Shown here: one piece after another, positions 8,967 through 18,655 of the stretch
Position numbering within the stretch: position 1 is the stretch's first letter
Layout of the letters: each line of letters opens with the position of its first letter
Origin: an uncultured virus (IMG/VR IMGVR_UViG_3300029305_011606)
Taxonomy: Duplodnaviria; Heunggongvirae; Uroviricota; Caudoviricetes
Virus record (IMG/VR): IMGVR_UViG_3300029305_011606
Direction: 5' to 3' (one strand)
DNA length: 64,000 nucleotides
Notes under the pieces: model-generated
The model's input: only the letters and a program-made list of their open reading frames with translations
Databases searched by the model: none
What the model was told of the DNA's origin: nothing
Program-made: the position numbers and the translations under genes

Positions 8967-11240
8967 ATGCCGCCCAATACAAAGAAGCCCATCATGGGTA
9001 TCGACATAGAGACCTACAGTTCCGCACCACTGCCTAAGTGCGGCGTGTATCGCTACACCGATGCGCCCGACTTTGAGATTCTTCTCTTTTCCTATGCCTT
9101 TGACGATGGTCCGATCATCACCATTGACCTGGCTTGTGGTGAACAGCTACCGCAGGAGGTGCTGATCGCGCTCGAAGATGAGAACATCATCAAGGCAGCT
9201 TGGAACGCGGCGTTTGAAAGAGTGTGCCTTTCCAAGCACCTGGGACATTGGTTGGACCCGCACCAATGGCGCTGCACCGCTGTCATGGGCGCCTATTCTA
9301 CGATGCCGCCACGCCTGGGTGATGCAGCCTATGCGATGAACGTCACCGAGAAGAAGATGGAGGAAGGCAAGGATCTCATTCGCTACTTCTCTGTCCCCTG
9401 CAAGGCAACCAAGTCCAACGGTGGTCGCACGAGGAATCTTCCCCAGCACGCTCCTGAAAAATGGGAACTGTACAAAAAGTACAACGCCCAGGACGTTGCC
9501 ACCGAGCGCGCCCTCCGCATCGAGCTGGAGAAAAATCCGCTGCCTGAAATGGAATGGGAACTATATGCGCTGGATCAGATCATCAACGACCGGGGCGTCC
9601 GGGTGGACAAGCTGCTGGTGAAACAGGCAATGGTGGTCGATTCGGTGTTTTCGGAGCAAGCGTTCCTGCGGGCCAAGGAGCTGACGGGGCTTGAGAATCC
9701 CGGTTCTGTAACACAGCTCAAGGCATGGCTGGCTGATCAGGACATTCCTATGGAGTCCCTCGCCAAGAAGATCGTGCAGGAAAAGGCGAAAACCACAGAT
9801 GGGATCGCCGGGGAACTGCTCAACCTTCGCCTGGAACTGAGTAAAACGAGTGTCAAAAAGTACGAGGCGATGGCGCGTACCGTGTGCCGGGACGGACGCG
9901 TTCACGGAATGCTTCAATTCGGAGGTGCTGCTAAGACCTTTCGTTGGGCTGGGCGACTCGTCCAGGCTCAGAATTTGCCACAGAACCATCTACCCGATTT
10001 GGAACTTGCCCGCAACATCGTGAAAACCGACAATGAGGAGATGCTTGAAATGCTCTATGGTTCCGTTCCCAATACGCTGTCGGAGCTTATCCGCACAGCC
10101 TTCATTCCCAAGGATGGTCACCATTTCATCGTTGCCGACTTCTCGGCCATTGAAGCCCGCGTCCTTGCCTGGCTTGCCGGCGAGGAGTGGGTGCTGGATG
10201 AGTTCCGTGGGAAGGGCAAGATTTACGAGGCGACCGCTTCCCGTATGTTCCATATTCCGCAGGAGACCATCGTCAAGGGAAATCCCAACTATGAATACCG
10301 CCAGAAGGGCAAGCAGGCTACACTTTCCTGCATTGCCGAGGGCATCCCGGTTCTGACCGATGAAGGTCTGATGCCCATCGAGCGAGTCAGAAAAAGCAAC
10401 CTCGTGTGGGACGGTGACCGCTGGGTGCGCCACGATGGCGTGGTCTACAAGGGTGTGCGAAAGTGCATCTCCTTTGGCGGCTTGGTGGCCACGCCCGATC
10501 ATATGGTCTGGAACGAGGGACGCTGGATGCCTTTCATCGATACGCTCCCGGATGGTGTGTTCACGCTGGAGTCCCATCGGGTTTACGACATCATGAACGC
10601 TGGTCCCAATCACTGTTTTATCGCCGCTGGCCGCAAGGTTCACAACTGTGGCTATGGCGGTGGCGTCGGTGCTTTGAAAGCAATGGGAGCAAAAATGCCC
10701 GAGGAGGAAATGCAGCCGCTGGTGGATGCGTGGCGCGCAGCCAATCCTAGCATTGTTTCCTTCTGGTATGCCCTGGGCGATGCTGCTTCGGAGATCATTA
10801 GGAATCACAATAGCGTCCGTGTGGGCAAGGTGACCGTCTACTGGCAGAACGACAGGATGTATATCCAGCTTCCTGCAGGACGGAGACTGTGCTACATCTC
10901 GCCCCGCTTTGTTCCCAATCGCTTTGGTGGCCAGGGCATCGGTTTCATGGCTCCCTCCGCCAGCGGTCAGATGGAACTCAGTGAAACCTTCGGTGGGAAG
11001 TTGGCAGAGAATGTGACCCAGTCTATTGCCCGCGACCTTCTGGCCCACGGCATGATGCAGCTTGAAAAGGCCGGGTACCGCATCGTGTTCCATGTACACG
11101 ATGAAGCCGTCATGGAAGTTCCTGATGGAACGGGTTCCTTGGAGGAGGCATGCAGGGTCATGGCTATCCAGCCGGAGTGGGCGCAGGATCTCCCGCTTCG
11201 CGCAGACGGCTACATCTGTCCGTTCTATCGCAAGGATTGA
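8967..11240 (+). CDS. Phage family A DNA polymerase containing a mini-intein
   Basis: Exo DIETYS; motif A ADFSAIEARVLA; motif B RQKGKQATLS[intein]CGYG; motif C VHDE. Confidence 0.95.
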   Translation: MPPNTKKPIMGIDIETYSSAPLPKCGVYRYTDAPDFEILLFSYAFDDGPIITIDLACGEQLPQEVLIALEDENIIKAAWNAAFERVCLSKHLGHWLDPHQWRCTAVMGAYSTMPPRLGDAAYAMNVTEKKMEEGKDLIRYFSVPCKATKSNGGRTRNLPQHAPEKWELYKKYNAQDVATERALRIELEKNPLPEMEWELYALDQIINDRGVRVDKLLVKQAMVVDSVFSEQAFLRAKELTGLENPGSVTQLKAWLADQDIPMESLAKKIVQEKAKTTDGIAGELLNLRLELSKTSVKKYEAMARTVCRDGRVHGMLQFGGAAKTFRWAGRLVQAQNLPQNHLPDLELARNIVKTDNEEMLEMLYGSVPNTLSELIRTAFIPKDGHHFIVADFSAIEARVLAWLAGEEWVLDEFRGKGKIYEATASRMFHIPQETIVKGNPNYEYRQKGKQATLSCIAEGIPVLTDEGLMPIERVRKSNLVWDGDRWVRHDGVVYKGVRKCISFGGLVATPDHMVWNEGRWMPFIDTLPDGVFTLESHRVYDIMNAGPNHCFIAAGRKVHNCGYGGGVGALKAMGAKMPEEEMQPLVDAWRAANPSIVSFWYALGDAASEIIRNHNSVRVGKVTVYWQNDRMYIQLPAGRRLCYISPRFVPNRFGGQGIGFMAPSASGQMELSETFGGKLAENVTQSIARDLLAHGMMQLEKAGYRIVFHVHDEAVMEVPDGTGSLEEACRVMAIQPEWAQDLPLRADGYICPFYRKD
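10329..10646 (+). other. 106-aa mini-intein (no homing endonuclease) in polymerase motif B
   Basis: Block A CIAEGIPVLT, block B TPDH, block F VYDI..NHCFIA, block G VHN followed by Cys+1. Confidence 0.9.
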
Positions 11241-11346
11241 CCTTTCGTCACACTTAGTTATCAAATAGTTATCCGTTTGTTTGGTTGATAATCATGCCGA
11301 GAAGAGCGAATATGTCCATACCTTAAAGAAATGGAGGGCTCCCCAT

Positions 11347-11757
11347 ATGTGCGATACCGCGAACAGCACCCAGAACGAAACCCCGAACACCAAGACAATC
11401 CGCATTTTGATTGTCGAGCCAGGCAAACGCCCACGTCCCGCAACCATCCCACACACACTGCATGAGTTGCAGAAGGTGGTAGGCGGCTACATTCAGGCAA
11501 TCTACCCCTGGGATGGCCCTGTCGCATTGATCTGCGATGAAGAAGGTTTGCTGAAGGGCTATACCTTCAACCGACTCATCGACCAGGACACCATCATTGC
11601 CGGTACTTTCTTCATCTGCGGTCTGGATGAGGACAACTTTGCTGACCTTCCCAACGATCTGATGGAGAAGTTCACGAAGCGGTTCTACATGCCCGAGATC
11701 ATGGCGCGAACGCCTGATGGAATCGTGGCCATCCCGGTTGAACCGCAGGAGGTGTGA
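11347..11757 (+). CDS. DUF3846 domain protein
   Basis: LIVEPGK..LQKVVGGYIQ..CDEEG..NR..GTFFICG. Confidence 0.8.
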   Translation: MCDTANSTQNETPNTKTIRILIVEPGKRPRPATIPHTLHELQKVVGGYIQAIYPWDGPVALICDEEGLLKGYTFNRLIDQDTIIAGTFFICGLDEDNFADLPNDLMEKFTKRFYMPEIMARTPDGIVAIPVEPQEV

Positions 11758-11760
11758 AAG

Positions 11761-12180
11761 ATGCCTACCACCCGCGCCACCGAGAAGTACATTCTGACTT
11801 TGACGGCTGAACAGGCCAGCGCAGTCATGGACGCCTGCGAACTGTTTGCTCGTCTGCACATCGGCCAGTTTGAGCGCATCACGGAAAAGCTGCTCCATAC
11901 CGACGAGCCTGATTTTGAAGTGCGATGCACCACGGCGAACACGCTGTGCCAGCTGCTGGCCAAGTTGATCCTCGGCACTGCTCCCAACGGCCTGTGCAAG
12001 ATCAACCGCACCGATCACAGCGAGAGGGCGTGGAACGTGTACCAGTCCATCCGACACGCAACGCATGAATACCGCTATCCCACCGACCAATTCAGCATCC
12101 CCGAGACGCTGCCGCACTCCATGATCGATGAAGCCGTTCCACCCTGTGAGGTGCGAGAAGGTGGTGACGCAAATGCTTAA
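11761..12180 (+). CDS. Hypothetical protein
   Basis: RBS GGAGGTG; operon spacing. Confidence 0.7.
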   Translation: MPTTRATEKYILTLTAEQASAVMDACELFARLHIGQFERITEKLLHTDEPDFEVRCTTANTLCQLLAKLILGTAPNGLCKINRTDHSERAWNVYQSIRHATHEYRYPTDQFSIPETLPHSMIDEAVPPCEVREGGDANA

Positions 12181-12577
12181 TCCCTTCAGAGACAAGCGGC
12201 TGGAAGATATACTGACCAGGGAGAATCCCTTTCCGGGTCGGATCGATACTCGCTACCTCATGGGCTACATTCGCGGTGACCATGACGGATACCGTTGGTG
12301 GGCTTCGATATTTAGCAACGACCGTGCTCTTGAGAATGAAGAACGGGTGCAGGAGCTGGATTTCCTGTACAGGTCGTTCATCCGGCAGATCAAGGGACTG
12401 ACGGCGCTTACCGCCTTCTGCAAGAAGCATGCCGAGCCTACTTCCGATCCGACCGAATTCAATGCCTACTGTATCACGCAGAACGGTGTGTACTGGTTCC
12501 GCTTCATTCTCCGCAGGGGAGATTATAATATCTACCTAAAAGCGTATGTGCCAACGGTATTGCAAGGAGGTGATTAA
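12173..12577 (+). CDS. Hypothetical protein
   Basis: Overlaps upstream stop; GYIRGD...GDYNIY motifs. Confidence 0.7.
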   Translation: MLNPFRDKRLEDILTRENPFPGRIDTRYLMGYIRGDHDGYRWWASIFSNDRALENEERVQELDFLYRSFIRQIKGLTALTAFCKKHAEPTSDPTEFNAYCITQNGVYWFRFILRRGDYNIYLKAYVPTVLQGGD

Positions 12578-12578
12578 G

Positions 12579-12941
12579 GTGAGCATCAGAAACAGGGCAT
12601 GTCTGTACTTGCGGACACCGCAGTTGCTCATCGAATACCAGAGACAACGGCTTATTGATTTTGCACAGCAGAAGGAAATGATGGTTGTTCACGAAATCAC
12701 AGAGTACGGTTCTGCCTGTGCTCCCCATCGTCCATGTGTCGATGCGCTTCTTAGAATGGCCGATGCCGGTGCATTCGATATCGTAATCGCTGCGAACACT
12801 TCAAGGATTGCCAGACGCCCTTATGATTTGGTCTTGATTATGAGCAGGCTTCGCAAAGCCGGTGTAGAAATCTGGACAGTCGATACCCAGCAGCGCATCC
12901 CGTATGAACTGCTGGACATCTGGGAGTCGCTTGCAAATTGA
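12579..12941 (+). CDS. Stand-alone resolvase-like catalytic domain, probably inactive
   Basis: CLYLRT, QRQRL..FAQ, RP..L, FDIVI..SRIAR; RBS AGGAGG; canonical RVS serine absent. Confidence 0.7.
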   Translation: MSIRNRACLYLRTPQLLIEYQRQRLIDFAQQKEMMVVHEITEYGSACAPHRPCVDALLRMADAGAFDIVIAANTSRIARRPYDLVLIMSRLRKAGVEIWTVDTQQRIPYELLDIWESLAN

Positions 12942-12955
12942 TCTCGTTTTTCCAT

Positions 12956-12986
12956 AAAGGCTTGCCGCAAGGCGGGCCTTTTTCTT
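12956..12986 (+). terminator. Rho-independent terminator
   Basis: AAAGGCTTGCC-GCAA-GGCGGGCCTTTTT. Confidence 0.75.
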
Positions 12987-13016
12987 ATCCCTCATGCCGA
13001 CTGATAGGAGGTATCT

Positions 13017-15488
13017 ATGCACGTTACCCATGACAAAAAACTACTGATTGCCGTGGGCAAAAGCCGCAAGGCGCTCAACTGGCAAAACAAAGAGCTGATG
13101 TGGAGCGAGTTTCTGGACAAGCTCTCCGTCACCACCCGTACCCGTGAAACCGTAGAGGAATACATGGGGATGAATAAGGCTGACCGCGATGAGCGCAAGG
13201 ACATCGGTGGTTTCGTCGGCGGCTACCTGAAAAATGGCAAGCGGAGCAACAGTTCCGTGGTGAATCGCTGCTTGGTGTGCTTGGACATCGATAACGCCGA
13301 TCCTGGCGTCTTTGATGATTTGGACACCACCTTCATTAACGCCTACGCCCTCTACAGTACCCACAGCCACACCCCTGAACGCATGAGGCTGCGCCTGATT
13401 GTGCCGTTGTCCCGGACGGTCACGCCGGACGAGTACGCAGCCATTTCCCGGCGTATTGCCGCCGACCTGACCCTTGAAAGGTTCGACCAGACCACCTTTG
13501 AGCCGGCACGCCTGATGTACTGGCCTTCTACCCCGGAGAATGGCGAGTTCGTGTTCCGCTATCAGGATGAGCCCTTTCTGGATGCCGATGCTGTCCTAGC
13601 TACCTACGCCGATTGGAAAGACACCTCCCTGTGGCCGACCACGAAGCCGCTGGAGGAACGCACCCGCGCCAAGGTAATCAAGGCAGAAGATCCGCTGGGC
13701 AAGTCCGGCATCATCGGCGCATTCTGCCGGGCGCACAGTATCACAGATGTACTGGATCACATCCTGCAGGACAGATATACACCCACTGCCCAAGATGACC
13801 GCTACACATTTGTCGGCGGCAGCACCACGGGCGGTCTCATCATTTACGATGATAAGTTCGCTTTCAGCCACCATGCCACCGACCCTGCCTCCGCCCAGCT
13901 GTGCAACGCCTTTGATCTGGTGCGCCTGCACCTGTTCACGCCGGGCCAGTATGACAGTGACGGTGAGCTGATCGGCAGCGACGCCGACTCCCGCAAGCGG
14001 ATGCAGCAGTACGCATCCAAGGACGAGGCAACCAAACGTCAGTTGGCTGAGGAACGCCGGGCGCAGGCGGTTGAGGATTTCGGAGATCTGGATGCTCCGA
14101 CCACTGCAACACAGGATAAGACTTCTGCTTCTGACACATCCAAGCCCTCGACCCCCACCAATGAACATTGGCAGGATGATCTGGAACTGGACAAGCAGGG
14201 CAAGGTCAAGGACACCCTGGGCAACCTTGCTGTGATTCTGCGCAACGATCCGCGTCTGAAGGATATCGCTTACAATATCCACCGCAGCGGCATCGACATT
14301 CGCCGGGATGCTGATGGCAAAGCCTCCATCCCGTGGATGCAGATCAAGCCCGGCTGGAATGAATCTGACCTCGGGGCGATCATGATTTACCTCGAAAGGG
14401 TCTACGGCGTCTACAGTCCGACCAAGCTCAAGAGCATCCTGCTCACGGTGGCCTGTGAGCGCAGCTACCATCCGATTCGCGATTATCTGGAGTCGCTCCC
14501 TGCATGGGATGGCGTACCTCGTGTAGAGAAACTGTTTGTTGACTACCTGGGTGCGCCCGACACGCTGTATTCCAGAACGGTCGCCCGGAAAATGCTCTGT
14601 GCGGCTATTGCTCGTGTGTACGAGCCGGGCGTAAAGTTTGACTCTGTAGTCGTACTTAACGGCCCCCAGGGTATGGGCAAGTCCTCCTTTTTCGCCAAGC
14701 TGGGTGGTAAGTGGTTCTCCGATTCCCTCACCATTGGGGATATGAAGGACAAAGCAGCCCCGGAGAAATTGCAGGGACAATGGATTCTGGAACTGGGTGA
14801 GCTGGCCGGCCTCAAGAAGATGGATGTTGAAACCGTGAAGGCGTTTGTCACCAGGCAGGACGATAAATTCCGTCACAGCTACGGCTACAGCGTAGAGGAT
14901 CATCCGCGTCAGTGTATCATCGTCGGCAGCACCAACAGCAACGACGGTTTTCTCAGAGACATCACGGGCAACCGTCGATTCTGGCCGGTTACCTGTTCCA
15001 AAGACTCGCCTCATCGCCCCTGGGAGGTGGCGGATGCTGTTCCTATGATCTGGGCGGAGGCGTATCTGATGTACCAGCAGGGCGAGGAACTCTACCTTCC
15101 CTCTGACGTGGAGAAAATGGCGGAGGAAGAACAGACGGCAGCCTTGGAATCTGATGTGCGCGAAGGCATGATTCTGGAGTATCTTGAAAAGCTCCTCCCC
15201 GTGGACTGGGATCGTATGGATCTGGCCGAGCGACGGGGCTTCCTTCGTGGTGATCAGTTCCAGGGCGGCGATAAGCCCGGAACGGTAAGGCGCACCACAG
15301 TCAGCGCAGTGGAAATCTGGGCGGAGTGTTTCGGCAAAGACCCCACCATGATCAAGCGCGCCGACACCTACGACATCTTCGGCATGCTGATGAAGATCGG
15401 CGGCTGGGAAAAGTATAAGGGCAACAAGAACGGCTCAATCCGTCGTGGCCAGTATGGTCCACAGCGATGCTTCGTCCGCATGGAGTGA
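13017..15488 (+). CDS. Primase-helicase, virulence-associated E (VirE/VapE) family
   Basis: N-terminal prim-pol (LDID, YSTHSH, RLMYWPS); Walker A GPQGMGKS; GNRRFWP. Confidence 0.92.
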   Translation: MHVTHDKKLLIAVGKSRKALNWQNKELMWSEFLDKLSVTTRTRETVEEYMGMNKADRDERKDIGGFVGGYLKNGKRSNSSVVNRCLVCLDIDNADPGVFDDLDTTFINAYALYSTHSHTPERMRLRLIVPLSRTVTPDEYAAISRRIAADLTLERFDQTTFEPARLMYWPSTPENGEFVFRYQDEPFLDADAVLATYADWKDTSLWPTTKPLEERTRAKVIKAEDPLGKSGIIGAFCRAHSITDVLDHILQDRYTPTAQDDRYTFVGGSTTGGLIIYDDKFAFSHHATDPASAQLCNAFDLVRLHLFTPGQYDSDGELIGSDADSRKRMQQYASKDEATKRQLAEERRAQAVEDFGDLDAPTTATQDKTSASDTSKPSTPTNEHWQDDLELDKQGKVKDTLGNLAVILRNDPRLKDIAYNIHRSGIDIRRDADGKASIPWMQIKPGWNESDLGAIMIYLERVYGVYSPTKLKSILLTVACERSYHPIRDYLESLPAWDGVPRVEKLFVDYLGAPDTLYSRTVARKMLCAAIARVYEPGVKFDSVVVLNGPQGMGKSSFFAKLGGKWFSDSLTIGDMKDKAAPEKLQGQWILELGELAGLKKMDVETVKAFVTRQDDKFRHSYGYSVEDHPRQCIIVGSTNSNDGFLRDITGNRRFWPVTCSKDSPHRPWEVADAVPMIWAEAYLMYQQGEELYLPSDVEKMAEEEQTAALESDVREGMILEYLEKLLPVDWDRMDLAERRGFLRGDQFQGGDKPGTVRRTTVSAVEIWAECFGKDPTMIKRADTYDIFGMLMKIGGWEKYKGNKNGSIRRGQYGPQRCFVRME

Positions 15489-15919
15489 GTTTCTAATTCT
15501 CCCAGCCCCGATGTTTCTTCCGTAGTCCGAAACGGTAGTGCCTGTTTCGTGTGTTTTCAGGAAACGACCACAGAAACAGGAAGAAACCGCGCGTATATAT
15601 AAGAAGAAATTCCGCTTTGTTTCTTGTTTCTATCTACTCTAATAGAGTATTGAGAAAAAAGAGAAAAAGGAGGAACACGAATAGGCGTATGTGTACTTAC
15701 GCGCGCGTAAGGGATTTTTGGGGATAGAAACACACAAGGACACAAGAGCCAATGTGTATCAGGATAAAAACAGTTTTCGGTAAGGACGACAGACCCTATG
15801 ACCGGGCACTCTTTGGATGATGCGGCCTTTGCTGGTTGTTGCATGGTACGCTACCGCCAAGGGGCGCTGGGGCATAAGGACTTCGTCCTTATTACTTTTC
15901 TACTTCGCAGGAGGTCGAA

Positions 15920-17341
15920 ATGGACAAACACATTCGGAGTGGAGCGCCACCTCTTCTTAAAGAAAAACAGCTCCATTCTTACCAGCAGTATTGCGTGGAC
16001 TTCATTGAGGAGCATCCGCAGTGCGGTATTTTCCTTGAGATGGGTCTTGGCAAAACGTCGATTGCACTGACCGCCTTGGCCCATTTGCTATATGATTCCT
16101 TTGAGGTCAGCCGTGTCCTAATCATTGCGCCTCTTCGTGTGGCGCGTGATACATGGATCGCTGAACTGGGCAAGTGGGAACACCTCGCCGGCCTGCGTAT
16201 GGAGCGCGTGATCGGCACACCCAAAGAACGGATTGCAGCTTTGAGCCGGAAGGCTGAACTGTACATCATCAACCGAGAAAATGTAGAGTGGCTCGTCAAG
16301 CACTACGCCGGTCGAAAGTTCCCTTTCGACATGCTGGTGATCGACGAGCTTTCGTCTTTCAAAAACAGTCGGGCGAAACGCTTTCTGGCGCTCAAGAAGG
16401 TGCTGCCCCGGTTCAGCCGGGTGGTCGGGCTGACCGGCACACCTGCTCCGAATGGTCTGGAAGATCTGTGGCCGCAGGTATTTCTGCTGGATCGTGGCCA
16501 ACGCCTCGGGCGGACACTGCGCTCCTACATCGACATGTACTTCGACACGCCCAACAGCTGGCTCCCATACAAGCATGTGCTGAAGGACGGTGCGGAGGAT
16601 GCCATCTATCGCAAGCTGAGCGATATTTGTGTGTCCATGAAGGCTACAGATCACCTTCAGATGCCGGAGCGAATCGACAATGTGATCGAATTGACCCTCT
16701 CCACCAAGGAAGAGAAGCTGTACCGGCAGATGGAGCGCGACATGCTTCTGCCCTATGCGGATGGAGATGTGCTGGCTATCAACGCAGCCACGCTCGCCGG
16801 CAAGCTGCTCCAGCTTTCCAACGGCGCAGTCTACGATGAGTTTCATAACATCCGCGTGATTCACGAGCGGAAACTGGATGCGTTGGAGGATCTGATCGAA
16901 GCCGCCAACGGAAAGCCTGTGCTGGTGATGTACTCCTATAAACATGACTTGGAGCGCATCCAAGCGCGTTTTGGGAAGTACGACCCGCATGAGCCGGACA
17001 AGCCCTGTGTCCGGGAGCTGAAAACCTCTCAGGACATGACTGACTGGAACGAAGGGCGTATCCCGGTCGCTGTCACACAGCCTGCCTCCACCGGCCACGG
17101 GTTGAACCTCCAGCATGGCGGCTCGACCATCGTGTGGTTTGGTCTCAACTGGTCACTGGAACTGTACGAACAGGCCAACGCCCGTCTCTGGCGGCAGGGG
17201 CAAAAGGAAACGGTGGTCATTCATCATCTTGTAGTCAAAGGAACGATGGACGAACAGGTCATGCGCGCCCTTCACGACAAGGCCGCCGACCAGAACGCCC
17301 TGATGGCTGCGGTCAAGGCAAGGATTGAGGAGGTGCGCTGA
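15920..17341 (+). CDS. SNF2-family helicase
   Basis: MGLGKT, IDELS, LTGTP, GHGLNLQ, QANARLWRQG. Confidence 0.93.
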   Translation: MDKHIRSGAPPLLKEKQLHSYQQYCVDFIEEHPQCGIFLEMGLGKTSIALTALAHLLYDSFEVSRVLIIAPLRVARDTWIAELGKWEHLAGLRMERVIGTPKERIAALSRKAELYIINRENVEWLVKHYAGRKFPFDMLVIDELSSFKNSRAKRFLALKKVLPRFSRVVGLTGTPAPNGLEDLWPQVFLLDRGQRLGRTLRSYIDMYFDTPNSWLPYKHVLKDGAEDAIYRKLSDICVSMKATDHLQMPERIDNVIELTLSTKEEKLYRQMERDMLLPYADGDVLAINAATLAGKLLQLSNGAVYDEFHNIRVIHERKLDALEDLIEAANGKPVLVMYSYKHDLERIQARFGKYDPHEPDKPCVRELKTSQDMTDWNEGRIPVAVTQPASTGHGLNLQHGGSTIVWFGLNWSLELYEQANARLWRQGQKETVVIHHLVVKGTMDEQVMRALHDKAADQNALMAAVKARIEEVR

Positions 17342-17342
17342 G

Positions 17343-17651
17343 ATGCTTGAGAGAGATATCGTTGTCGATATCAAGAAATACCTGAAGTCACTGGGTAGCG
17401 ACATTTTTTTCTGGAAAGAACACGGCGGGCCTTATGGCACCTCTGGTGTACCGGATATCATCTGCTGCTACAAAGGGCGCTTTCTCGGCATGGAATGTAA
17501 GCTGCCGGGCGGTGTTCTGACCGAACTTCAGAAGCGCGCCATTGACAAGATCAACAAGGCCGGGGGCATTGCCCGCCGAGTAGAGTGTGTTGCAGATGCT
17601 ATGGAAATCATCCATCAGGCGGATGAAGAAAGGATGAATCGACATGAGTGA
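17343..17651 (+). CDS. VRR-NUC domain nuclease
   Basis: GVPDII..GMECK..LTELQ. Confidence 0.88.
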   Translation: MLERDIVVDIKKYLKSLGSDIFFWKEHGGPYGTSGVPDIICCYKGRFLGMECKLPGGVLTELQKRAIDKINKAGGIARRVECVADAMEIIHQADEERMNRHE

Positions 17652-18654
17652 AAAGAAAATGTGGGAGCTTCAAATTGACGCAGAGTTCCGGGATTTAATT
17701 CCTCCGCTTCAGGAGGAAGAACTGGAACTGCTGGAAGCTAGCATTCTGGTCGATGGCTGCGTGTCTCCGCTGACTACCTGGCGGGGCACCCTTGTGGACG
17801 GCCACAACCGATATGCCATCTGTCACAAGCACAGCATTCCCTTCGCCATTATGGAGAAGGAGTTTGCGGATCGGGATGCAGTGATGCAGTGGATGCTTAC
17901 CAATCAGCTGGGGCGTCGCAACCTGAACGACTATCAGCGTGGCGAGATGGTTCTCAAACTGAGGCCGATGCTGTCCGCTGCGGCGCATAGGCGTAAACAG
18001 CACAAGGATTTGGAATCTCCCAGTGCCGAGCCACTTCCGCCAGAATTGGCGGAAGCTCCGAAGCCCAAGGCAGAGAGTGAAACGATGAGTAGCCTGGGCA
18101 AAATGGCTGGTATCTCCCGCTCTACGATGAAAAAGGTGAAAAAACTGTCCGAAGATGCGGACGAGGAGACCAAGAACAAGCTGAGAAACAGCGAGGTGTC
18201 GGTAAGTAAGGCATATGACGACCTACTTACGAAGGAACGCGCCGCGCAGACCCGAGAGTGTGTTCGCTGCCGCGCGGTCAAGAGCCTGAACGAGTTTCCG
18301 ATTTCCCGCCATAGTCATGTGTTTTCTCATGTGTGCAAGGAATGCACCCAGAAAGAGCAGGAGGCAACGCGGGACGATAATGCTGCGCTCGTTTCCACGG
18401 GGATGGAACTCCATGTCGGCGTACCGGTGCATGTTGCAACCACACCCACTGATTCTCCGGATATGTTTGTTCATGTGGTGAGTCTCATTGACTTCGCTTC
18501 CCGTACCTATTTGGACAACATCAGGACTGCCCTCAAGCGGTTCACCCCGACCATGAACACTGCGGAGAATATTGATCGGCTTGAACAACTGATTACCTCC
18601 GCATCTGATACAGCTAAAACCTTGCTGACCGACACACTGAAGGAGATGGAATAA
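17644..18654 (+). CDS. ParB-like N-terminal domain protein with Zn-ribbon
   Basis: IDAEFRDLIPPL..VDGHNRY..NQLGRRNL; CVRC...CKEC. Confidence 0.8.
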   Translation: MSEKKMWELQIDAEFRDLIPPLQEEELELLEASILVDGCVSPLTTWRGTLVDGHNRYAICHKHSIPFAIMEKEFADRDAVMQWMLTNQLGRRNLNDYQRGEMVLKLRPMLSAAAHRRKQHKDLESPSAEPLPPELAEAPKPKAESETMSSLGKMAGISRSTMKKVKKLSEDADEETKNKLRNSEVSVSKAYDDLLTKERAAQTRECVRCRAVKSLNEFPISRHSHVFSHVCKECTQKEQEATRDDNAALVSTGMELHVGVPVHVATTPTDSPDMFVHVVSLIDFASRTYLDNIRTALKRFTPTMNTAENIDRLEQLITSASDTAKTLLTDTLKEME

Positions 18655-18655
18655 T

